A model generated the notes under the pieces. The model made no database searches. It saw only the letters and a program-made list of their open reading frames with translations, and was not told the DNA's origin. The translations under genes were made by a program, and so were the position numbers. This document shows, in pieces, positions 1 through 53,000 of a DNA stretch of 64,000 nt; within the stretch, counting starts at the first letter, position 1; every line of letters begins with the position of its first letter. The DNA is taken from positions 7,626,001 through 7,690,000 of the forward strand of contig OZ004607.1 of assembly GCA_963924565.1 (NCBI GenBank). Direction: 5' to 3'. The stretch comes from Ascidiella aspersa. Taxonomy: Eukaryota.

Positions 1-69
1 CGCAGGCAACAAACCTCCGGTCATGCACCACGGCAAGGAGGACACCTTGTGGTCGACCGAGGTCGAAAG
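1..69 (+). CDS. DNMT3: DNMT3 DNA (cytosine-5)-methyltransferase, penultimate coding exon (5' end may lie outside the window, or begin at 6 after cgcag)
   Basis: Translates GNKPPVMHHGKEDTLWSTEVE(R), resembling human DNMT3A ...PVFMNEKEDILWCTEMER. Donor AG|GTGAGG at 70, phase 2. Confidence 0.9.
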
Positions 70-114
70 GTGAGGAAGATTTTGTTGCGTCGTTTATTAT
101 ATGTTGGTTTAACC

Positions 115-341
115 CAGCGTTTCTCAACCGTGGCCCTTGGCCCCCCAGGCGGGCCACAGAGCAGTCTTCAGGGGGCTACAAACATGTTTTAGTTTACTAA
201 TCTGCCTGTTAAGTTTTTTGGATTGGTGTTCTCGTTATGTCTTTAGACACATCTCTTATAATGTTATTTAAAGGGTTTTTCGAATTCGTGAGCATGGGGG
301 CCACGGAGTGTTGAGTTCTAATAAAAGGTTGAGAACCACTG
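115..341. mobile_element. hAT-type MITE in DNMT3 last intron
   Basis: TIRs CAGCGTTTCTCAACC / GGTTGAGAACCACTG; perfect 8-bp TSD GTTTAACC at 107-114 and 342-349. Confidence 0.9.
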
Positions 342-1069
342 GTTTAACCTAGGTGTCCGCTTTGGGTCGTCGTCGTTTGGTTGGCGTGGGTCGTCGACTG
401 CGGTTGTAGACATGGTTAGATTTTTATTGGGATTGGTTCTGAGCAAGTCTTCTTGAAAATGTGACAAAATTCAAAGCATTACGATGACATGGCTCATATT
501 CATTAATTGTGAATTTAATTATGTTGTTGTCCTGTTTGTGTTTTGTTGATTTTTATACTTGCAAAAGTCCAATGAACGTAATTTAGTCACCAAAGTCATT
601 CGCTCGCTGCTATACCTTGTTTAGTACTTTGGTCGCCGCGAAAAAGATTTGGGAACTTAATGTAAAAACAAGGACGAAATCGTTTAAAAAAACCCAAATT
701 TTATTGATGTGTTCATCGTTGTTCGGAAAGTCAATGCATCTCTTCAATCTGTTTATAATGGTGTTTTCCAAAGCTCGTTTTCGACATTAAATGTTTAAAC
801 CATGCTGTTTCTTGGTAAAAAGGGTGATTTTTGCCTTCATATTTTGCATAAATAAACTAGCACTTTCATCAAAACTGTTTCTTTTTAGCTTGGGTCCGAT
901 CGTTAGGATCAGTTTTATCCGTTAATATAATATGAAAAACGCTATATTTAGTTGTTGTTTTTTTCTGAAAGCTTTGTTTATTAATATTTTCTTGAAACTT
1001 CATTTTGTATTTTGTATTTTGTATTTTTTTTTTCTGGAAACTTTATTGAATTCCTTCGCTTTTTTGCAG

Positions 1070-1217
1070 GATCTTTGGAGTCCCCGAACACTACACTGAC
1101 GTCAACAATTTGGGTCCGCGGGAACGTTTGGCCCTCCTGGGACGCTCCTGGTCGGTTCCGGTTATCCGGCATATTCTGTCGCCCCTCAAGGAATATTTCG
1201 CAAGCACAAGCAAATAG
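1070..1217 (+). CDS. DNMT3: DNMT3 terminal coding exon (C-terminus of the catalytic domain)
   Basis: Acceptor ttttttgcag|G, phase-compatible. Translates (R)[48 protein letters not shown], versus DNMT3[51 protein letters not shown] at 1215-1217. Confidence 0.95.
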
Positions 1218-2079
1218 CCTTGCTACGTAATTTCGCGTAAATGTGCCTTTTTGGTTGCTTCAGCACTGCAATATTTTGTAAATCATTTGTAACTGCTTAA
1301 AGTAATGAAATTGTTATTTTCGCTTTTTACTGTAACTAAAAGGCCATTTATTTTGCTGAAGCGACACATCACCTGTACTACATTTTTGCAACTCAATTTC
1401 AATTATAATAGTTCGATTATGTTGGCTATTGATGAAATTTATATTCTTGATTTGTCGGTTTTTAACGTTTATTCAACTCCGCGTCATAAGTAGTTAATTT
1501 GTTTGCACTGCCATTCGTAATGTTGCTTAGGTAAAAGTATTGCATCATAGCAGCTTCGTCACTTTAACTAATGAGGTGTAGTCGTACACTGTAGTGCACC
1601 GTTTACAGTACTCGATTTTTTGCGTTAGTCACAAGGTGAAAGCAGCCTTATACACATTTTTTTAACTTATCACGTCTATATATTTTAGATACAATGAGAT
1701 TTTTGCTTGAATTTTTGTAACGTGCCATTCATTAGTTATAAACTTGTATTATGTGTTTTTGAAATGCGCGTTGTCTGTGATTTTCGCTAAAGACACGATT
1801 CTAAATTACCGCTGTTTCCTACCTAAATTCTGTATCGCCGTTACCATTATCTACCTCGTTTAAAAATAAGTTGTGTTATCATTTATCGAATTGCTTGTTT
1901 TGTACACCAGACAAATTGCGCAGTAAAATTTGCTTTTGCGCACTTAAATCCTTCTCAAACTAAAACCAAAAATCTTCACTTTTTTGCCACAAAGTTTGAG
2001 CATTTCGCATTGGCCTTTTTTTCATTGATGTTTGTACCTAAAAGTAAATAACTCAAATTCGCATTGACGATTGTGACGT

Positions 2080-2085
2080 AATAAA
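2080..2085 (+). promoter_or_regulatory. candidate DNMT3 polyadenylation signal (further AATAAA at 3883 and 3946)
   Basis: AATAAA about 860 nt after the stop codon, followed by T/GT-rich sequence; which site is used cannot be determined from sequence. Confidence 0.3.
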
Positions 2086-4883
2086 TTACTTTGTCTAATC
2101 GGTTTTATCTTCCATGCTGTGTATGTTTTTTTATCTCACGTAGAATTAAATGTCTACTCAGGAAAATCGAGAGACCGAACATAGCAGTGGAGTGTATGAC
2201 AATAATTCGGGATCATGAAACCGAAATTCATTTCAAGGGCGTAAATTTATTAACACAATTACGGTTATTACGCGATTTAGGTGCAGATACAGCTGTGGGG
2301 TCCATAATGGCGCCTTCACAAATTGACAAAATCATCTTGATAAATGCAAATGATCGGATAGTTTGTGATTTCTGATTGTGCGCGAAAAAAGCATCACGCA
2401 TTATGTTTGTAAATTTAAACATTTTGTCAATTTAACCCAAATATTCGGATTTTTTTTTCGCGCGATCGCATTGTTTTCTATATCCTTGTTTCATGTCAAG
2501 GATATGGAAAATCTGCCGCGAGCCCCTGCCAAACGCAGCCTTAAAATATTCTTGCGCACCACAAAAATATTCTTGCGCACTTCAACAAATATTTTGGTTA
2601 AATTTAACGTAAAAGTAAAGCGCTTAAAAAATTTAGCTCAAATAAAAACAAATGGAAAGTTCGGTAAAAGTGTATTTGGTGCTGCCTTCAGAGCTGTTTT
2701 TTTTAAGTTAGGAAACACATATGATGCAAGATCAACTTGTAAGGTAAGTAAGGTAAACCAGGTCATCTTTTAGCCAGTGACCTTCTAATTTATTGCAACT
2801 TTCCTCGATTTTGTAGTTATAGTTTAATTCAGAACAATTTTGGTTATCTGTTACTACAAGCATTGGTAAAATTATTGAGCAGATTAGGGGTTTTATTTTG
2901 AATTGTTTTGACAATTTTGTAAAGAATGGCAACTAAAAAAGTCACAAGAGAGGTCCCTAAAGTTATAATTAAAACGATCATTTTGAGTTGTCTGGCTAAC
3001 AATTATATTAAGATATGCTTGTGAGCCCCGAGACTGCTCTATCAAGAATTACTAGTTTTCTAAACTGTCTGAAAGATCTTTTCGAGTGTTTCACGCTTAA
3101 TATAAATCACCACAACAAAACATAGTGTGTATTTAATTTTTATGAGCAGGTGCAAACTTAAGTTTGACTAAAGCTCTGTTAGATTGTTTTCGATTGGATA
3201 TTGCAATCGTGATCCATGTGAAATTACTAAGATCTTAACGGATAACTTTAAAATAATTTTTGTTTTTTAATGGCATTAAGTACCACAACATTTGATCACA
3301 GGCATGCCACACCTTCAATTGCCATGCACTGTTAACGTTTGCTATACATTAATGAAGTTTTACTACTTTTAGAGATGTTTTTGCTCTTCTGTTTTTTGAG
3401 TATTGTGTTAACACTCAGTCAGTTGCTGCTCGAAACGGTTTGCTAGCATTGTTACTTGTGTTCGTTACGGCAGTTGATACAATGCTAAGAGCTAAACAAA
3501 ACATTCAAACTTTTTGGCCCCCCCAAAAAAATTTCGGCTGGCTACGCCACTGCCCGGTATAGAAGTCACAAAACTCAAACAGCACAACATGCCAATTGTG
3601 CTAAACAGGTTTGGCCAAAAAAAATAATCGAAATGAATTTTCCACAGTGGTGCACCCATACACTGCTTGTTTTCTTATCAGGCAGACAGAATAGTGCATT
3701 CTAAATCTTATACTGGTTTAAACTGGTTGACTCTACTGACACTTAAATTTAGTATTTAATATACAGTCGCTTTATTTTATTAGGTTTAAATGTGTAAAAA
3801 AAGAGCTCATATTTTAACTATTTTTGTTACATAGATGTTGTGCATAGTGATGCAGATCTAACTTCCCTGCTGTTTGTCAAAAAATAAAGTTTTTAATTTT
3901 CTCAAAATTGTGTACTGTATGTCAACATGAAATGTATCTGAAATCAATAAAGAAAGGTTCTTTTTTATGTAAACAAGTTGTTAAATTGCTGTTACAAACT
4001 TTAAGTTAATATCCTAGTATCAGCTTGTCTGTTTTTCATTGGAGTAATAAAAAAGAAAGGCTCAATTTAAAAGACAAATAAGTAGGCAATTATTTTACAA
4101 ACCAACCAAGCTACAATTAGTTTAATACCCAACAGTAAATGTTGTAATAAAGCAACAAATGAAAACACTTTAATTTATAAGTCTAAGGAAATAGTTGCCA
4201 GGCTTTGACCTAAAACTCTTAGTTTTTTAATGTTGTAATGTATGATGTTACATTTGATATCAGGCATAAAAAATGTAGATACAAATGATTTGATGCAAAA
4301 AATGTTAAAGATTGAAAGCAACAATCGTCCAAGTATTTTTAGAAGGTATGTTGTTTTGAATTTTTTTTATATATCAATCAAGCACTTCAAAACCGATGAA
4401 ATGCAGTATTTTTAATGGCTTGCTCTACCAGATGGTATTTGGTATAGGTGCTATCGCAATTTTCTATTTAAAATTAGCCAGCCAAGAAACAAGAAAAAAT
4501 GACAAGGTAAACACATCTTTGGTGGAGTGTATTGGTAGACTAGGATTTTGCTCACAACATATACATATGACAACGGATCGTAACGATGCAATATATAGCA
4601 AACAGGTACGCGATAGAAAGCAACTTGTGGGCGATGGGCAATAATCACACGATAAAATGAAGACATCTAGAGTTCAAACTGACGGCAATCAGCAGTCTTG
4701 TTGTGTAGACGATCGCAGAACGTTCAAAGGTAAACCACGAAGCAGACACGCGAGGAATTTACTTATACACAAAAGCGAAATAATAACACCATGTATCACT
4801 TTGGTCTTCTGAATGTCGAATGAAGAATTGCAGATTGCGCGGTAATAGGATTCAGCAGCGATGGCTTATAGACACAGTTGAGG

Positions 4884-47527
<42,644 letters not shown>

Positions 47528-48199
47528 GCCTCGAAGGCTGAAAACCGTCGGTGTTTCTCTCCGGGCTCGGATTTATGCGTAAAAAGCGCTCCAGGAGGCA
47601 AAAGCAGCAAATTTGATTTAACTACGTGGTGCTTTCGTCTGTGACGTTGAATGCAAAATGAAAAACAAATGCGCGAGTTAAAAACGTCTGTCGTCGACCG
47701 AGGCGACCCCACGGTCAAACGCGACCATTTGCCAAATGCCAACCGCCGTATATTTGCGCGCGCGTGTTTACACATATGGTAGGCTTACCTGCAACAACAA
47801 CTCAAGGACTGAAACTAAAACTGCCTTTGGTCTTCTGGTCGCTCGACCGCCTTTTCTTGTTAATACGGCGTTTGAAGTCACCGTTCGTTGAACTGTCAAA
47901 AGCGTGAAAAGGGTGCGGCCTGTTTTGGGTTACACTTTCACAAAAGAAAACTTATCGCAGGCGAACATGCACTATTGCTAATGTGCTGAGCCGTTTACGG
48001 CTTTCTTTCAACGTCCTTCACACAATTGTTTTCACGCTTCTATCTCAACTGCTTAGTGTTTTCCGTTTTCGGATCTAAACCATAAACAAAATATGTATCG
48101 CTATGCATTGCCCGCGTACTTGACATATTTCTATAAAACTTGGCAAGCATGTTTTGCAATTCTTCTCTACGGCGCGACAATTAGCACGAAGCTTCTTAC

Positions 48200-48472
48200 C
48201 TTGCCACAACCTATGTCTTAGCACGGTGCAACTCTGCAAACACTCACGCAGTACGTTTCGCTACCAACTCCTTCGCCTAAGCTCACAAATCTGGCGGCCG
48301 TCGCTAAATACCCTCGCCTTTTGAAAAAAGGATAAAAAACTAGTGGCAGTAGCACTATACCCGAGCGTCGCCAGGGCCGCACTGAATGCTGCAGCATCGC
48401 CCGGCGCCTTCTGATTAGAGAGCGATGGCAAAGTTTAATCGCGAAAGAAAAACAACGCGCTAATGATTTATA
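48200..48472 (-). promoter_or_regulatory. candidate SALL core promoter and non-coding first exon
   Basis: TATAAAT at 48472-48466, CCAAT at 48732-48728, CpG-rich surroundings, strong donor CAAG|GTAAGA at 48199, and an acceptor ttttcag 10 nt before the ATG (exon start 47537). Confidence 0.4.
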
Positions 48473-48677
48473 CGCATGGCTGCGGCGTTGGCGACGCACG
48501 GCCAGCAGCGAAACATAGGGCGACGGGGCGAGCGAGTCATTCCGTGCATTCGTCGCGTTTTTTTTCTCTTCTGCAGTCGGCGAGGTTTTCTCCGCCGTAG
48601 AGAATTTTCGCTGACCGGCGGTGGTCAAATTTTTATCGCGCGCGCGCGACAGATTTTCGCACACCTGACGATTTCGT

Positions 48678-48925
48678 ACGCGCGTTGTCTGCGGACGCGC
48701 GTTGTCTGCGGACATATTGTGTTTGTGATTGGTCTTTTTTGGCTTATTTGTGGTCCTTCATATTTGCTGTCCGAAATGTAGAATTTGTGGTCCTGCATAT
48801 TTGCAGTCAGAAATATGGCATTTGTGGTCCAGTATTTTTGTGTTCTTACATATTTGCAGTAAAAATCGTTGAATTCGTGGTGTAATATTTATTTATATTC
48901 ATGCATATTTATGGTCCTGCATGTT
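48678..48925. repeat. perfect 17-bp tandem pair (48678-48711) followed by degenerate ~37-bp repeats (ATTTGTGGTCCTGCATATTTGC...)
   Basis: acgcgcgttgtctgcgg x2, then 4-5 partial copies of tttgtggtcct(g/t)catatttgc. Confidence 0.7.
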
Positions 48926-50065
48926 TTTGTCACGTATAGAAGCTACACAGTTTTGCTGATCTTGATCGTCTGCATTGGAGCAATACTTTACGTTGTAGTT
49001 TAAATCTATGTCCATTAACACAGGCAATTAGTTGCCTACGAAATATAATTCATATTATAATTCACATGCTTCAACGCAATGGCGCATTCTTTAATTTCGC
49101 CTCAGTCGGGTTTAACCCTTATCAATTTATTTATATATAAAAAGTAAATAAAAGAAAAACAGAGAGATTTAAGTTTAAAGTTTACTAAAACACTGTTGTA
49201 AATTGCTTTTCAATCGATATATTTGGTAGAATGTTTCACAACGCAAACTGTAAAACAATTAAGTCGGGCACATTTTGCACATTCCTCACGTTATTTTTCT
49301 CAAATTGTTTATCAGAAAAATATAAAACTGCACGATAGCTGACTTTTGGGTGCACGCTATAATTGTTTGCACAAAATTTCGAATTCATAAATCCGTGTTA
49401 CTTTATGTTATAAGCAGCGTATACATATGTTGCAGTCGTAAAACCAAATTGCGAGCGTAATCGGATTCCTCACAATTAAAATCCTTTGGCATTTGACGGA
49501 AAACCCGGACAAAACGATTCGGGAGAATGCGTTAAAATTACGTCGTAGAAACGCGCTATTTTATTTTCGCGGCGCGCCGAAAAAAACCGCCGCATTTCTT
49601 TTGTGTCAACGGGATCGCTTGTGATTAAATATTAGCCGAACAGCATTCCCACTTTGATCAATTTCCGCCCGCTCTATTCGCCGGCCTTACACAAGCATAT
49701 ACACAAGGCATAGCGCTTTAGGCCAGGGCGAAAATCGGTTATAAATCAAAGGCGCCAGGGAATCGATACCAATTACATGCCCCATAACAAACTGCAAATC
49801 GCCTGGGCTATGACGCCGACACCGAAGGCACAAGTCGGCCTTGGTGTTCACACCAACAAGGCAGCAACGGCATCACGAAAGCCACCCTTTCTTTCTCTCT
49901 CTCTCGTTCGCAAAAGAGAGGTGGGGTTTGTTTGAGAGGCGGATCATCTTTTTTCGAGCGTCGCTTTTCCCTCATGACGGTGTCTGACAAATTTCCCGCT
50001 ATTTTCTTTTGATATTAACTAACGATTTTGGGAGCCCAATAACCGAGACGCCGCTCGCTCGCGGA

Positions 50066-50086
50066 GGGGAGGGGAGGGGAGGGGGG
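50066..50086 (+). other. canonical G-quadruplex motif
   Basis: GGGGAGGGGAGGGGAGGGGGG: four G-runs with 1-nt loops. Confidence 0.7.
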
Positions 50087-53000
50087 TCTTGGTGACGGGG
50101 CGACGGCTCCTGCTACCAGCAGGCTGATGTCCCGGGGCCGCGTCGCGAGCTGGAATGATTTTATTTTTCGCAAATTCGGCGGGCGGAAAATTTGAAAAGC
50201 GGTCGCCGCGCCCGAATCAATTCTAAATCACTTTTGCCGCCGACATCTGTTCCCGCGCGCGCCCGACGAGACGATTTTTTTTGCCACGCCAAAAAATCGT
50301 GGGCGCGAAAATGGCCGGAAATGGTGCCGCACGGCTCTTTGGCGCTTATTCGAATCGGCCGACCGGCGCCGCACCTCCAAAAATCGTCCAGGCCTGATTG
50401 TTGCGGTCGGCCTTTCCGGGGGAGTTTCCCTTGCCCGAAACGACGCCTAAAAGCGGACGGGTTTTATGTACTTTTGATACAGTCGACTCCCCACCCCCTC
50501 CCCCCTGCCCGGGCGCGTGATGGTTTTAATTTTATTCAGTGCCCGGCGCCCGGAATTGATTTTGAAAATAGACGTTTCATTCACACGGAAGAACCTTAAA
50601 GGAACTCTTAACACCCGCCTTGGCTAATGGCGCTTTCCTACGCAGTTCGACCACCGTCTCGGCTCCGGCCCGCGGGCACTGCACTTCCACAATAAGGCTC
50701 CCATGGAATTATTCATCATTGGCCTGACACGCCCGCCTGCTTTTTCCTTCCCTGACAGATTTCTGCGCGTCGAGAAATTGGCGAAAATGGCGCGCCAGTT
50801 TTTGTTGTTGTTGTATTTTTCTTTTCTTGTGAACCGTTAATGCGGCAAGCAATTAACAGCTAGTCCGAATTAGCCGATGAGTCATTTTAATTTCATCCAA
50901 ACAAACCTGATATTTGCGGACAAAACGTGCTGATTTATATTCCTGATTTAAGTATTATTTTGGGGAAACCTATTTTTTTTCTGGAGGCTTGATAATGTAT
51001 TTATTATTTTTTTGTTCGGTTAATCGCACAGAAAGATGTGTGATTTTATTTTTATTTTGCAAAATTCACTTTCTGCGTTCAAAACGAGCAAATTTTTTTA
51101 TGCAAATTTTTGATTGCAATTTTGTAACGAAGCCCGATTGTTTCTCTGGTCTCTAATTTTTCGTCTCATTTCACTTTAAACGCGCACAAATCCGTTTCGT
51201 CAGCTGTTGGCGAGCAGAACTCGTCGACAACTTTGCGCCGACGTTATTGCCACTTGTATCGCGACGGGCGAAGAGACCTATAAATCTATAGCGATTTTCT
51301 GATGACGGATTTCAATCTTAATAGCCGCGTATAACCTGCCAGGCCGAGGTGTCATCGCAAGTTGACGTTTAATATCGTTTATATATCACCTTATCACTAT
51401 TGCTACTTCTTCTGCTGGTGCTGCTGCGTTACCATTTCTGCCTTTAGCGTTTAAACTCTCGGCAAGGTCAAAGCGTTAATGCAAGTAAAACGACGATATC
51501 CTTGTGTAGCAAAGTGACCCAAAAAATGTTTAAAAAACGGTTTCCAGTAAATATGAAAATCAGTATTCACTGTTTAACGACAAATTGTATTGCAATATCG
51601 ACAGGCTTTCGCACAACCGTGCTTAGAAAACGTGGAATGCTAAAGTAAGAAAGTGCATTGCGTTCGATTCCTTGTTCTAATTAGCAAAGCCCAAAAAACT
51701 TACTTGATGTAGCTCCAACGTTGATATTTGCACAAATAATTGAACAATATAAACACATGTTTGTTAAGAAAACCATTTTTACAGCTTAGGAAAATCTTTT
51801 GAGCCCATAATGTCAATTTTTCTTTAGTTTTTCCACAAATATATTCACAATCTTTCATGGAGTGAAAATCCTTTGGAACGCGGTCACATTTTAAGTGTTG
51901 TGGTCGTGGCCATTTTGTTTTACGGCCTGTGCTACGTCATAGCGCGCTAGGGCCGAGAATTTTTCGGCATTGCCAAAAACACGCTTTATCGCAACACACG
52001 TACCCGGCCTGTCTTTGCACAACTGCGCCGTAAAACTTTAGGGCGCTTTCGCGTTTAAAACAAGCCTTCTGCGGTAAAATATTGGCGGCGAGACGATTGT
52101 CACGTCACTTGGCAAAATTAAATCGGCGAAACGGCCTTTTACTGATTTCGGCAAATAGCCGCCATAATAGCGAGACGGGCCGTTAAAATTTCATAATGAT
52201 TTTACGATAATCCGAGCGGCATATGTGATAATGCGGCGCGGCGCATATTCAGGGGCCGTTCACCCCTCTTTACAGCGCTCAGCTCTGTCGTTTATGATTG
52301 TTACGACATCGCCCGTATTATGACAAAACAATACGCTCGTTAAGTGAGCCGGGCGAACGAGCGAATGCCCTCATTCCAACTGGCTTGCGGTTATTGGCGC
52401 GTCACAGATAAGGCAGGGACAAATTTAGTACAAGTTGTCGCGATTATGGCCCCCATTATTACCCCGCTTCTGGAAAAATTGCCCCCTAAAAAGTTTACGG
52501 CGCTTATTTCGTTTCGGCTTGTGCTCATAGCTGCCTGGGCGGCGTAAAAAGCCGTTAAGCCGTTTTACTTCCTTTGTCTAGCCTCCAATGTGTGCAGAGC
52601 CGCCTGATAATTGTATTCATAACCCAGAGCGTTGAAAAAAGCAATTTTTTCCCGCGGCGTCGTATAATGTATAATCTGGTCTTAAATGTCAACGTCGTCA
52701 TTGTCACCCCAAACAGCCCCGTAATTACGGTGTTTCGTATCGCCCACCTTGTTTAGTTTCATTTTGCGCGGCAATTCATTGGGGTTTGATCATCGTAAAG
52801 TTTGGCTTTGATCTCTGTTAAATTAACCTGCTGCTGACAAATCAACAACAAACGGAGGACTGTACAGATGCATACGTTCACAAAAACACCACGAAATTAG
52901 CTTGTTAACATAATCAAATCGAAAAATATTTTATCAAAGGAGCTATATTAAGTTATAATTAATAGCCAACTTAACTACATTGTTTCAATTTAAATCTTCG

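Noticed and set aside
1012-1230. 72-aa + strand ORF from the track
   Set aside because: Wrong frame; the real coding sequence is the spliced DNMT3 exon in another frame.
2091-2773. ORFs of 94 and 131 aa with nearby splice-like sites
   Set aside because: No recognisable domain, non-ATG starts, and no coherent exon chain could be built.
3511-3552. Single transposon-like end (GGCTACGCCACTG); similar lone hAT-like ends near 630-655, 16510, 53981 and 62365-62390
   Set aside because: No partner TIR or TSD could be identified, so boundaries cannot be supported.
48218-48715. 165-aa minus-strand ORF upstream of SALL
   Set aside because: Spans the putative promoter and repeats, has random-like composition and no link to the ATG exon.
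48746-48925. Repeat array as a possible CRISPR
   Set aside because: Eukaryotic context, degenerate tandem units, no unique spacers and no cas genes.
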